Of a stretch of DNA of 64,000 nucleotides, positions 9,836 through 19,306 are shown one piece after another. The stretch is taken from positions 6,851-70,850 of the forward strand of contig JBLNCG010000061.1 of NCBI GenBank assembly GCA_050260475.1, given 5' to 3'. The position numbers and the translations under genes are program-made. The notes under the pieces are model-generated. The model saw nothing but the letters and a program-made list of their open reading frames with translations, had not been told where the DNA came from and searched no databases. This DNA comes from Bacillota bacterium (lineage in GTDB: Bacteria; Bacillota; UBA4882; JBLNCG01). Each line of letters opens with the position of its first letter. Within the stretch, counting starts at the first letter, position 1.

Positions 9836-12364
9836 ATGAAAAAATCTCATCGTATGCTGAAAATTCTCGGCGCCGTCCTGGCTTTTTTCTGCATGATTAT
9901 TACATATGCCGCGGCGGAAAACGACGCCGCCCCGCCTTATAAAAATCCGAAGCTGCCTGTGGAGGACAGGATCAATGATTTGATCCCCAGGATGACCCTG
10001 GAGGAAAAAATCGACCTCCTGGGCGGCGCGGGCTTTGCCACCAAGCCCAACGCAAGGCTGGGCATTCCGGAAATGAGAATGACCGACGGCCCGGTGGGGG
10101 TGCGGACCAACAAAACCACGGCCTTCCCGGGGGGGATCACTCTGGCGGCCACCTGGGACATTGAGATGGCGCGGAATATCGGCTGGGCCATCGGCAGGGA
10201 AGTCAGGGGGGTAAACAAGCATGTGCTGCTTGGACCGTGCGTCAATATCGCCAGAATCCCGCAGGGAGGCAGGAACTTTGAAAGCTACGGCGAGGATCCG
10301 TACTTGGCGTCGCGGATGACCGTAGCGTATATCAAGGGCGTGCAAAGCCAAAATGTAGCTGCCACCGTAAAACATTACGCCTGTAATAACCAGGAATACC
10401 GCCGCGACAGAGTGGATGTGAAGGTCGGCGCGCGGGCTTTGAATGAGATTTACCTGCCGGCTTTTAAAGCCGCGGTGAGGGAAGCCGGTGTGCTTGCGGT
10501 GATGGGGGCCTACAACCAGGTCAACGGGGATTATTGCTGCCAGAATGATTATCTCCTTACGGAAAAGCTGAAAAAAGAATGGGGCTTCGAAGGCCTGGCC
10601 ATGTCCGACTGGGGCGCAGTACATTCCACGGTTCCCACCACCCTTGCCGGGCTTGACCTGGAGATGCCCACCGGGGGATATTTGAATAACAGCCTTCTGG
10701 AATCCGTAAAAAACGGCACTGTGCCGGTAAAGATCATCGACGGTATGGTGCGTAGGATCTTGAGGGTCATGTTCAGGCTGGGGCTCTTCGAGCAACCGGG
10801 CGCCGAACACGCCGGAAACCTGATCGCCTGCGCGGAACACCGTAAAATAGCGCTGGAAGCGGCCCGTGCAGGCATCGTGCTTTTGAAGAACGATCAGAAT
10901 ATCCTCCCGCTTTCTTCAAGCAATATTAAAACGCTTGCAGTTATCGGGCCCGACGCGGCAAACGCCAGGACCGGCGGAGGGGGCAGCGCCAAGGTGGATC
11001 CCATTTATGCCGTCAGTCCCTGGCAGGCCCTGGAGGAAAGGCTCGGCGCTAAATTAAATATCATATACGCCGCCGGAACATCGGGCGTGGACTTTAAAGA
11101 TAATACAGCCCTCCTCACGTCCTTGAATATGTCCAGGGATAAAGCCGGCGCGGAACCCGGCTTGAGGGGCGAATATTTTAAAAACAGGGCGTTTGAAGGG
11201 AAACCTTTCCTGTCAAGGACTGACGGAAAGATCAGTTTCCATGAGGATTTTGGATTCCCCCACCCGGAAAACGGTTTTTCCGCCCGGTGGACCGGTTTCC
11301 TGCATCCCAAAAAACGGGGGGAATATCAGTTCATCATCGACTGCAACCACGGCGTCCGCCTGCACATCAACGGACAGCCGGTGATCGACAGTTGGCCGAA
11401 CCGGGGGGTCCGGACCGAAAGGGGCGTCATCCAACTGGAAGACAAACCTTGCAGTTTCAAACTGGAATATTTCGGCATCGGGAAAAAATCCTCCATCAAA
11501 CTGGGATGGATCATTCCCGGCGTAAGCCCCCTGGAAAATGCCGCCAACATCGCTTCCGGGGCGGATATGGTTCTGCTTTTCCTGGGCACATCGGGATCCT
11601 GGGAAACCGCGGAATCGGAAGGCCATGACCGTGATTCCCTGTATCTTTCAAAAAGACAGACGGACCTGATCGACAGGATCACACAGGTCAACAAAAACGT
11701 TGTCGTGATCCAATGCTCAGGCAGTCCGGTGCTGATGGATGACTGGCTTGACAAAGTTCCGGCGGTGCTGCAGACCTGGTTCGGCGGTTCGGAGACCGGC
11801 AATGCCGTTGCCGACGTCCTGTTCGGCGATTACAATCCTTCAGGAAAACTCCCGGTGACATTCCCCAGGAATTGGGAGGATTGCTCCGCTTATGGCACAT
11901 ATAGAGGCGACGGCATCACTGCCGATTATTCCGACGGCATTTACGTCGGGTACAGGCATTTCGACAAGCGCGGCATCGAGCCGCTTTTTCCATTCGGTTA
12001 CGGATTGTCGTACACCGCCTTCGCATACGGAAACCTTAAAACGAGCGCAGCCTCCAAGAAAAGTGAAGTAATGGTGGCCTTTGAACTGGAAAATACCGGC
12101 AAGCGCAAAGGCGCCGAAGTGGCGCAGCTTTACGTCAAAAAAATCAAATCCGCCGTGGACCGCCCTGTGCAGGAATTGAAGAGGTTCCAAAAAGTCCTGC
12201 TTGCGCCGGGGGAGAAGAAAAGAGTGGAACTCGTGCTGGTTTGGGATGATTTCGCCTATTATAACGAAAAACAAAAGAAATGGGCGGTGGAGCCGGGGGA
12301 ATATGAAATTCTCGTCGGATCGTCGTCCAGAGACATCAGGCTGAAGGGGAAGTGCAGGTTGTAA
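9836..12364 (+). CDS. Secreted glycoside hydrolase family 3 beta-glucosidase (BglX-like) with inserted PA14 domain
   Basis: RBS GGAGGG then ATG 9836. Signal peptide MKKSHRMLKILGAVLAFFCMIITYAAA. GH3 N-domain (GFEGLAMSDWGAVH with catalytic Asp) and C-domain are present. The PA14 insert is GLRGEYFKNRAFEGKPF...WTGFLHPKKRGEYQFIIDCNHGVRLHINGQPVIDSW. Confidence 0.88.
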   Translation: MKKSHRMLKILGAVLAFFCMIITYAAAENDAAPPYKNPKLPVEDRINDLIPRMTLEEKIDLLGGAGFATKPNARLGIPEMRMTDGPVGVRTNKTTAFPGGITLAATWDIEMARNIGWAIGREVRGVNKHVLLGPCVNIARIPQGGRNFESYGEDPYLASRMTVAYIKGVQSQNVAATVKHYACNNQEYRRDRVDVKVGARALNEIYLPAFKAAVREAGVLAVMGAYNQVNGDYCCQNDYLLTEKLKKEWGFEGLAMSDWGAVHSTVPTTLAGLDLEMPTGGYLNNSLLESVKNGTVPVKIIDGMVRRILRVMFRLGLFEQPGAEHAGNLIACAEHRKIALEAARAGIVLLKNDQNILPLSSSNIKTLAVIGPDAANARTGGGGSAKVDPIYAVSPWQALEERLGAKLNIIYAAGTSGVDFKDNTALLTSLNMSRDKAGAEPGLRGEYFKNRAFEGKPFLSRTDGKISFHEDFGFPHPENGFSARWTGFLHPKKRGEYQFIIDCNHGVRLHINGQPVIDSWPNRGVRTERGVIQLEDKPCSFKLEYFGIGKKSSIKLGWIIPGVSPLENAANIASGADMVLLFLGTSGSWETAESEGHDRDSLYLSKRQTDLIDRITQVNKNVVVIQCSGSPVLMDDWLDKVPAVLQTWFGGSETGNAVADVLFGDYNPSGKLPVTFPRNWEDCSAYGTYRGDGITADYSDGIYVGYRHFDKRGIEPLFPFGYGLSYTAFAYGNLKTSAASKKSEVMVAFELENTGKRKGAEVAQLYVKKIKSAVDRPVQELKRFQKVLLAPGEKKRVELVLVWDDFAYYNEKQKKWAVEPGEYEILVGSSSRDIRLKGKCRL

Positions 12365-12556
12365 CCTAATCATTAGTATTTAACAACAGAAAAAAGGGAA
12401 AAACGCAATCAGTGAAACACCCGTATAACCGTGCCGGAAGGTGGATTACTCCTGCTACATTGTGAATATTAAAACTATATGGACGTAAAGCTTCCTCCTC
12501 ATATAGCAAAAATAAACCGAAAGGTTTTATTCAATAGTTGGAGAGTTGACAATGTA

Positions 12557-13327
12557 CTAAGCCCCAAATTTCAGTCTAAAACTGCGTTTAACATCCTGCT
12601 CCGCCAAACCCGGAGCTGTTTCTTTTGCCCTTGAGGCGATCTTTTCCATGGCGGTTAATTTCGGTATTTCCGAAGCGCGATTCAGTATCGAAGCGCCAAA
12701 CCATCTATCCACCAGTTCATATTCGCTGTTCATCCAACCGTAAGGTTCGCCGGACTTATTAATTCGTTGCGACGCTCCGCAGATGGTGATATACATCTGG
12801 TTCTGCAGTTCCAGCAGGCTCCGTTCAAAAGCCCGGCCGGCCTCCTTGGAGCGGATTCCCAGCAATCCTTTCAGGTTGTGCGTATTCTGCGGGCCGTTTT
12901 CATCCAGGCATTGATGAATCTCCATGCTCATCCTGGACACCAGTCCGTCCAGGTATCTGTCCCGCAAGTCTCCGGAGGGTCTGTAAACCGCGAGGAATTT
13001 GGGATACCAGTCCAAAGCGATGAAGATCGATCTGTTGCCGCAGAATTTGGTATATACCGCCTTTTTCTCCCGGGCAATTTCATCCTTCCAGCGCCAGGGA
13101 TCGTTCTCTTCCCCGGTAAACCACGTCCCCCCGGGGACTAAGTCCCACATGGAATGAAAACCATACGGATGTCTGAAAAGAAACAAAAAACCAGACTGAT
13201 CGATAAATTCCACGGCATCGCGTAAGGTTTTGATTTTTAGCATGAATACCGCCCCCCGCCGGAAGTCATAACCCGGCCATGTAATATTTTTTCCGTTTAT
13301 GATAAAAAAACAACCGGGCAACGGCAT
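12557..13327 (-). CDS. Hypothetical protein (family not recognised)
   Basis: 256-aa ORF with a coding-like composition and no convincing motif. The real start may be the internal MLKIKTL. Confidence 0.4.
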   Translation of the reverse strand: MPLPGCFFIINGKNITWPGYDFRRGAVFMLKIKTLRDAVEFIDQSGFLFLFRHPYGFHSMWDLVPGGTWFTGEENDPWRWKDEIAREKKAVYTKFCGNRSIFIALDWYPKFLAVYRPSGDLRDRYLDGLVSRMSMEIHQCLDENGPQNTHNLKGLLGIRSKEAGRAFERSLLELQNQMYITICGASQRINKSGEPYGWMNSEYELVDRWFGASILNRASEIPKLTAMEKIASRAKETAPGLAEQDVKRSFRLKFGA

Positions 13328-13351
13328 GTAAGATGGAGCAATTTGCGTTGT

Positions 13352-14326
13352 TTACTCCATCTTCTTCCCCCACAGCTTGTCGTGTAGTTCCCTGCGGTTC
13401 TCCTCCGAATGATAACGGCCTCCTTCCAGGATCGTCCCCGTTTTAAGAACCCGGAAACGCCTGATATCCAAACCACGCAGGTCATCCGGCTTTAAAATCC
13501 CGTCCCAGGATTTGCCGGGCTGGCCGTATAATCCTTCGCCGTAGATGGTCGTGCCTCCGGCCACATCCACGTTAACCGCGCCATATTTCTGCAAAGCGCG
13601 GGCAATCACCTTTGCGCCGGGTGAAAGGCCAAGTTTGTCCACGTCCAGGGACGGATCAAGCTGAATCAGGCATCCCTCAGGGAGTCCGCCTTCCGTGAAA
13701 CCGTCTGTCCAGGTCGCCGGCCAAACATACTTTTTGTAAGCGTTGCAGGCGGTGGCAAATACCAGTTTGTGTTCAATCACGCCCGCCAAAATCTCCTCCA
13801 GCATGAAAAGGCCGGCGATGATTGGGACGCCTGCGGCCCTGCCCGGGCCGTACTTGTGGATCGACTCCCCGTCTTTCACCGCAAACTCCGCGGGATCAAA
13901 GATCCCGTCTTCATCCAGGGAATAGGTCATGCCGGTCATGGATTCCCACTCCCCGTCCTCCCTTTTTTTCACGTAAAACATATCCCAGGCTTTGCGCTTC
14001 TTGTAATCGACTAAAGCCATATGCCTGTCATGTTTGGGATCGGGAATGGCGTGGTCCGGGATGGGCAGCGGATTTTCAAAGCAGGTCCCGTGCGAGGATT
14101 TGCCAGGTTCGAAAAATTTGCCGGTCATGGGATGGACATACCGCATCGGCGTACTGTCGCCGACCTCATACACAGGTATGGTGAACTCATGGATGTTCAG
14201 CCAGAAATTGGGAATGGGTTCCCCGGCCAGAAGATTTATGTAGTGATCGCTTTCGGGATCAATGGCCGGATTTTCAGGAATAGGCGTGTTCCAAAAGCTG
14301 CCGGAAGAAAAAAAGCGTTTGTTCAT
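13352..14326 (-). CDS. Hypothetical protein
   Basis: 324-aa ORF with no recognisable catalytic motif and no signal peptide. Confidence 0.45.
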   Translation of the reverse strand: MNKRFFSSGSFWNTPIPENPAIDPESDHYINLLAGEPIPNFWLNIHEFTIPVYEVGDSTPMRYVHPMTGKFFEPGKSSHGTCFENPLPIPDHAIPDPKHDRHMALVDYKKRKAWDMFYVKKREDGEWESMTGMTYSLDEDGIFDPAEFAVKDGESIHKYGPGRAAGVPIIAGLFMLEEILAGVIEHKLVFATACNAYKKYVWPATWTDGFTEGGLPEGCLIQLDPSLDVDKLGLSPGAKVIARALQKYGAVNVDVAGGTTIYGEGLYGQPGKSWDGILKPDDLRGLDIRRFRVLKTGTILEGGRYHSEENRRELHDKLWGKKME

Positions 14327-14376
14327 AGTGCAACTTCCTTTCCGCTTCTACCCGCATCAAAGGGTATGAAAATATA

Positions 14377-14604
14377 TCAATGTTTGCCGCAGTCACAGTC
14401 TTTGCCGTGGCCATGGCAGCCTCCTGCGTCCTTCCCGTCCACTATCTTGATTCTCTCGAGCTGGGCGCGGAGATTCCCCTTTACGGCGTCGATGTACTGC
14501 CTGCGCAAAACCGCCTGCTCCGCTTTTTCCTCTTCGGTAAGTTCTTCCTTTTGGTTCTTTTTATACAGAAAATTTATTCTCGCGACCAATTGATCAAAAT
14601 CCAT
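14377..14604 (-). CDS. UPF0291/DUF896 (YnzC-like) small protein with unusual C-terminal Cys/His-rich tail
   Basis: MDFDQLVARINFLYKKNQKEELTEEEKAEQAVLRRQYIDAVKGNLRAQLERIKIVDGKD matches the Firmicute DUF896 pattern (EEEKAEQ..LR..Y). The tail GGCHGHGKDCDCGKH is not typical of the family. Confidence 0.6.
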   Translation of the reverse strand: MDFDQLVARINFLYKKNQKEELTEEEKAEQAVLRRQYIDAVKGNLRAQLERIKIVDGKDAGGCHGHGKDCDCGKH

Positions 14605-14850
14605 GTTACACCGCCTGTTCCGTATTCTATTCACAATTCAGAAAATAAGAGATACCTTAAGGCCGGCCTTCGCAAGAGACCTCCTTGCCCTGGGGCAAGG
14701 GGGGGCTCTTGCAACGCCAGACCCTCAAAAGCTATTTTTATCCTTTCGCTTGTCCCGGCAAACATACTCGGGTGGGTGGCTATTCCATCTTTTCCATACC
14801 GGCGCACAAAACCCTTCCGTGCATGATTAATTTACCCCAATCCGCCCGAT

Positions 14851-14881
14851 AATAAAAAAACGGGGCGATAAAATAAGCCCC
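14851..14881 (-). terminator. Rho-independent terminator-like hairpin (GGGGC-N10-GCCCC followed by T8) on the reverse strand, not attached to an annotated gene
   Basis: The + strand reads aataaaaaaaCGGGGCgataaaataaGCCCC. On the reverse strand this is a GC stem followed by a T-run. It lies in a ~600-bp apparently non-coding gap. Confidence 0.4.
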
Positions 14882-15069
14882 AAAACGGATAAAACGAGGC
14901 TTCCGTCATTTCATCCAAGCAAAACCGGCGATTGATTTTGCTGCATGAAAATCAAGGGGCGAAAGATAAGTTATTTTAAAAGGCGTCCGGGGTGCGGCTG
15001 GCATCAATCCTAAGCAAACAAAGAAGGTGTCGCATGAAAACTTTTTCATGGTGCCATATTTCTTATAAG

Positions 15070-15138
15070 AGGCAATTGCGTTGTTACCTTAATTCAGGGT
15101 CTTGCCACAAATGTAGTATATGGCTGCCATTAGGCTGC
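15070..15138 (-). repeat. Half copy (reverse orientation) of the palindromic intergenic repeat
   Basis: AGGCAATTGCGTTGTTACCTTAATTCAGGGTCTTGCCACAAATGTAGTATATGGCTGCCATTAGGCTGC. Confidence 0.75.
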
Positions 15139-15250
15139 AGGGGGAACCGAGCTTAAGATCTCATTAATACCTGGAAGAGGATTTTTCGGATATTATGCCA
15201 ATATTTAAAGAAGGACCTTCCTACCCCGATGAAACCAGAGGAGTGATCCC

Positions 15251-16438
15251 TTGCCTGGACTTTTCGAAAAAATCGCCTTATTGACGCGCCTGGAGGACGG
15301 ACCGGCGGCGGTGGAAAAAATCCTGCTTTCCGTGTACTTCGAAGAGGGGATATCCACGAAGGCTTTGGCCCAGAACGCCTTCCTGCCGCTTCCGGTGGTC
15401 GCCGCCGTCAAAAAAGAACTGGAAAAAACGGGTTTACTTGCGCAGGAGCACGGCAGCCGCTTGACTGAAGCCGGCCGTAAATTTACCGCGGAAACACTGG
15501 GTTACGCAGGACTGAACCGGATTCTCTACAAAACCTTGATGCGTTTGAATCTTTCGGTTTTCGACCCCGGAACAGTCTCCGGGGCGGATACAGTCCGACT
15601 CATTTTAGCGGATCGGCCCCGCGTGGATGTGACGCTGGACCAGTCAAAAGGCACGCCTTCCACAAGCATTAAACGGGCGTTGCTTTGTCTTCATCATTAC
15701 AGCCTGATCGGCAAGGAAATACTGTGCCTGGGGGATGACGACCTGGTCAGTGTGGCACTGGGGATTTTGCTTAAGGAGCTTTTCCCGGATAATAAGATAA
15801 AAACGCGCATTCATGTAATCGACATTGATCCGCGTTTCCTGGCATATATTGAAAAAACGGCGGGGGCGGAAAAGCTTCCCATCACCTGCCATGAACACGA
15901 TTTGCGGGAGCCGATTCCGGGAAATCTGCAGAACCGCTTTGATTGCTTTTTTACCGATCCTCCGTACACCATCCCTGGCCTGGATCTTTTTTTGACGCGC
16001 GGCGTATCCGCACTGAAGAAACAGACCGGCCTGACGGTTTTCCTTTCATTCGCACACAAGGCGCCGGGCTTCACCCTGAAAATGCATCAAGCGATTCTGG
16101 ACGCGGGATTCGCCGTCCATGAGATAATCCCGCGCTTCAATGAATATGAAGGCGCGGAAATAATCGGAAATACCGGACAGATGATCGTTCTTAAAACCGC
16201 CGGGCATACCGCTTCCCTTCCGGAGGGAAAATATACAGGCCCGCTTTATACTGGAGAATTGCGGAAAACCTTGCGCACCTACCAATGCACAACATGCGGC
16301 GCGCGGTACAAGGTCGGCATGGACTGCGACTTCAACACCGTCGAAGAGCTGAAGGAAAAAACCTGCCCGGCGTGCCGAGGTGCAACCTTCGAACTAATCC
16401 TGCGGGATATCATAAAACAGGAAGGCGGACGTATGTAA
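15251..16438 (+). CDS. Rossmann-fold transferase with GDDD in place of the SAM glycine loop and a DPPY motif (resembles DUF43/BpsA-type aminopropyltransferases); N-terminal wHTH-like domain and C-terminal CxxC...CxxC zinc ribbon
   Basis: Motifs in order are ILCLGDDDLVSVALG (motif I position), IHVIDID (acidic motif II), CHEHDLRE, and DCFFTDPPYT (motif IV). The C-terminus is CTTCGARYKVGMDCDFNTVEELKEKTCPACRG. TTG start with RBS GGAG. Confidence 0.55.
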   Translation: MPGLFEKIALLTRLEDGPAAVEKILLSVYFEEGISTKALAQNAFLPLPVVAAVKKELEKTGLLAQEHGSRLTEAGRKFTAETLGYAGLNRILYKTLMRLNLSVFDPGTVSGADTVRLILADRPRVDVTLDQSKGTPSTSIKRALLCLHHYSLIGKEILCLGDDDLVSVALGILLKELFPDNKIKTRIHVIDIDPRFLAYIEKTAGAEKLPITCHEHDLREPIPGNLQNRFDCFFTDPPYTIPGLDLFLTRGVSALKKQTGLTVFLSFAHKAPGFTLKMHQAILDAGFAVHEIIPRFNEYEGAEIIGNTGQMIVLKTAGHTASLPEGKYTGPLYTGELRKTLRTYQCTTCGARYKVGMDCDFNTVEELKEKTCPACRGATFELILRDIIKQEGGRM

Positions 16439-16439
16439 A

Positions 16440-16898
16440 ATGAAGATCCGTACCGTCAAACAAGAAGATTTTCCGGTACTTGCCGCCTATGAAATGGAAA
16501 TCGCGGAAATCTCCTTCGGGGATGAAGCCGTGACCGACCCGGATTTCCACCTCCGGAAGCTGGAAAAGGCGCTCCCTAAAGAAAAAAACGGCATGATGGT
16601 CCTGGAGGCTGACGGTAAGCCCGCAGGCTGGCTATGGATGACCCCCCGCACCAATTCCGTAAGTGGAGAAACATACGTGAATTTTAAGAGCTTTTATATA
16701 GAAGAAGGTTTGCGCGGCACTGAATGGCCGGAGAAACTGCTCAAGTCCGGCCTGGAGTATTGCCGGGCTGCGGGTGCGGAAAGGATTATCGGCAAGGTGC
16801 ATGTGAAAAATCTCCCCATGAGGGCGCTTTATAAAAAGTGCGGCTTTGAGCCGACCCATATGACCATGGAATTGGCTCTGCGCGGTAATAGAAAATGA
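16440..16898 (+). CDS. GNAT family N-acetyltransferase
   Basis: 152 aa with GNAT-like motifs (GKPAGWLWM..., RGTEWPEKLLKSGLEYCRAAGAERIIGKV). Its start overlaps the upstream stop (ATGTAAAATG), indicating translational coupling. Confidence 0.65.
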   Translation: MKIRTVKQEDFPVLAAYEMEIAEISFGDEAVTDPDFHLRKLEKALPKEKNGMMVLEADGKPAGWLWMTPRTNSVSGETYVNFKSFYIEEGLRGTEWPEKLLKSGLEYCRAAGAERIIGKVHVKNLPMRALYKKCGFEPTHMTMELALRGNRK

Positions 16899-17923
16899 AA
16901 ATTAAATGCCTCATCTGGGACCTCGACGGGACGCTTTGGGAGGGCGTTCTGAATGAAGGGGAAATCCATATCCGCCCGGGTGTTATGGAAGTCGTCGCAG
17001 AACTCGACCGGAGGGGGATCCTGCAGACAATCGCCAGCCACAACGATCCGGAACAGGCCGCCGTCAAGCTCAGGGAACTGGAACTCGACAAGTATTTTCT
17101 ACACCCCCAGTTCAATTGGGGCCCGAAGGCGGAAAGCATCCGCCGACTCGTTCGACGGTTCGGTTTCGCCTTGGAATCCATGGCTTTTATAGATGATGAT
17201 CCCTTCCAGCGTTTTGAGGCCGAAAGGTATTTCCCGGGGATGCATGTCTATCCCGCGGAAGAATATGAAGAAATCCTCTCCCGCCCGGAATTCCAACCGG
17301 ATGTTATTACCCGGGAAAGCGGTTTGCGGAGGCGGATGATGCTCGCCGAAGCGGAACGCGCAAAAGCGGGTGCAAGCTTCGCAGGCCCGCGCGAGGATTT
17401 CCTGAAATCATGCGAAATGAAACTTACGGTACGCCCCGGCGCAGGCCCGGATCTGGACCGCATATACGAACTCGCCGCCCGTACCACTCAGTTAAACAAC
17501 ATGCCGGGACTGGTCGATAAATCCATGGTGCAGGCATACCTGGACGGCCCCAAGCGCGCCATTTACGTGGCGGAACTTACGGATCGGTTCGGGAAATACG
17601 GGATAATCGGAGCGGCTTGCCTCGATATCGCCGAAAACGAGGCGGAAACGACCCTGTTTTGCATTTCCTGCCGGATTAAAGGCCGCGGCGTCGCTTATGT
17701 TTTTCTGGGGGAAACCCTCGGTTTGCTCGCGAAAAGACATCCCCGCCTTGAACGTATTCATTGCCGGTGCCGTTCGGACAATAGAAACCGGCCCGCCCTT
17801 CTCCTTTTGCAGATGATGGGGTTTAAACCCGGCGAAAAAACAACGGCCCATACTTGCTATGTATTGCCCCTGCCTGCATCATATGCAAGGCCGGCGTGGC
17901 TTGATGTGCGGATACGGGCTTAA
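16895..17923 (+). CDS. HAD-superfamily phosphatase, subfamily IIIC / FkbH-like domain protein
   Basis: HAD motifs are I WDLDGTLWEG, II IASHN, III WGPKAESI and IV AFIDDDPF. The C-terminal ~150 aa contain Cys residues (FCISCRIKG, HCRCRS) as in the FkbH acyl-loading domain. ATGA overlap with the GNAT gene. Confidence 0.7.
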   Translation: MKIKCLIWDLDGTLWEGVLNEGEIHIRPGVMEVVAELDRRGILQTIASHNDPEQAAVKLRELELDKYFLHPQFNWGPKAESIRRLVRRFGFALESMAFIDDDPFQRFEAERYFPGMHVYPAEEYEEILSRPEFQPDVITRESGLRRRMMLAEAERAKAGASFAGPREDFLKSCEMKLTVRPGAGPDLDRIYELAARTTQLNNMPGLVDKSMVQAYLDGPKRAIYVAELTDRFGKYGIIGAACLDIAENEAETTLFCISCRIKGRGVAYVFLGETLGLLAKRHPRLERIHCRCRSDNRNRPALLLLQMMGFKPGEKTTAHTCYVLPLPASYARPAWLDVRIRA

Positions 17924-17969
17924 TCAAGGCAAACATATATTATATGCGAAGAGATGATAAGGTGTGCAA

Positions 17970-18224
17970 ATGGACAAAACCGACCTGAAGCAGATCATCA
18001 ATGAATATCTCCGCGGCCTTCTCGGCGGACCGGACATTGGCGATAACCATCCCCTGCTGGGACCCGGCGGAATTTTGGATTCAGTAACCGCCGCCGCGCT
18101 CATCCACCGGTTGGAGGAGCGTTTTGGCATAAATCTGACCGACGACGATCTCGCCCTGGAATCTCTCGGAAGCATTAATAGCCTCGCGGAGCTGCTTTTA
18201 CGCTATACGGATCGGGAGGAATAA
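17970..18224 (+). CDS. Acyl carrier protein (phosphopantetheine-binding)
   Basis: 84-aa acidic protein with GGILDSVTAAALIHRLEERFGINL, the canonical G-x-DS-hydrophobic 4'-PP attachment motif. Confidence 0.75.
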   Translation: MDKTDLKQIINEYLRGLLGGPDIGDNHPLLGPGGILDSVTAAALIHRLEERFGINLTDDDLALESLGSINSLAELLLRYTDREE

Positions 18225-18227
18225 AAG

Positions 18228-19040
18228 TTGTTCGCCGACTTGCACATCCATACCAACGCTTCCGACGGAACCTGGGGCGTCCCGGAACTCCTGGAAAGCA
18301 TTAAAAAAAGCCTTATCGGGCTTTTTTCCGTCACGGATCACGATACGGTGGAAAATACCGGCGCCGCTGCCGCAGAAGCGGCGAAGAACGGCGTCTTTTA
18401 TCTTCCCGGGGTTGAAATCGCCTGCGCGTACCGGGAGAAAGAATATCATCTGGTCGCATACGGCATTGACGCGTCAAACCGGCAGCTTTCAGACCTTATG
18501 TCCCATAACAGGAACGTGAGGGAAGACTATAACACCAAAATCGTAAAATTTACGGAATCCCTCGATTCCAGGATCAGTTTGCGGCAATACCGGGAATATC
18601 GTCATGATCCCGGACGGGGCGGCTGGAAAGTCCTCAATTTCCTCCTGGATAAAGGGATCATCGGTGGCCTTCCGGAATATTTCACATTAGTCCAAAATCT
18701 GAAAGAGACCAAACTTTTCAAGGAACCCCAAACAGCCATCCGGATCATTAAGGCCGCCGGGGGTGTTCCCTTCCTCGCCCATCCGAACGCCAATTACAAT
18801 GGCGGGACCATGCCCGAAGAGGAGTTAATGAAATGGGCCGGCTTCGGCATCGACGGCGTCGAATGCTATTCCTCCTACAATGCCCCCGGTGATGAGCGTA
18901 TTTACCTCGATTTTTGCAGGCGGAACCACCTGCTGATATCAGGCGGTTCGGACTGCCACGGCTCATTTCTCCCGAAAAAACTGGGCGAACCCCCGATTAC
19001 TCTGGAGATGTTGAATTTGGGAAATTTGTTTCAAAAATGA
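18228..19040 (+). CDS. PHP-domain metal-dependent phosphoesterase
   Basis: FADLHIHTNASDGTWGVPELL..., VTDHDTV, LAHPN and GGSDCHG are the PHP family His/Asp motifs. TTG start 4 nt after the ACP stop, with RBS GGGAGG. Confidence 0.75.
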   Translation: MFADLHIHTNASDGTWGVPELLESIKKSLIGLFSVTDHDTVENTGAAAAEAAKNGVFYLPGVEIACAYREKEYHLVAYGIDASNRQLSDLMSHNRNVREDYNTKIVKFTESLDSRISLRQYREYRHDPGRGGWKVLNFLLDKGIIGGLPEYFTLVQNLKETKLFKEPQTAIRIIKAAGGVPFLAHPNANYNGGTMPEEELMKWAGFGIDGVECYSSYNAPGDERIYLDFCRRNHLLISGGSDCHGSFLPKKLGEPPITLEMLNLGNLFQK

Positions 19041-19183
19041 TATGAAGGAATTTTAGGCATCACCGAGAAATATCATAAAGAATATAAAAAATTACCAAAT
19101 TATTCATATCGTTCTTTACGGCCTTTGCACTTCGGCGGGATAACCGTTTTCCGGCAAATGCAAATCCTGAATTTACCCCGCCA

Positions 19184-19226
19184 GTGTAGCGTTTCGCAAA
19201 TAGCTTGACGATGTCAAACGCTACAC
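19184..19226 (+). promoter_or_regulatory. Perfect 11-bp inverted repeat GTGTAGCGTTT-N21-AAACGCTACAC, a candidate operator upstream of the sugar kinase/isomerase genes
   Basis: Seen directly. It overlaps a TTGACG -35-like hexamer, and a TAGAAT -10-like element lies downstream at about 19279. Confidence 0.45.
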
Positions 19227-19306
19227 GATATGTAATGTCTCTTATATTCATCGTTAAGCTATTTACGAGACATTGCACTAGAATCAACAAAAAGGAGCCA
19301 AATCTT

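Noticed and set aside
9716-10840. 374-aa reverse-strand ORF opposite the GH3 beta-glucosidase
   Set aside because: Long antisense ORF typical of GC-rich DNA. Its Pro/Gly/Arg-rich translation lacks domain features, whereas the sense strand encodes a complete GH3.
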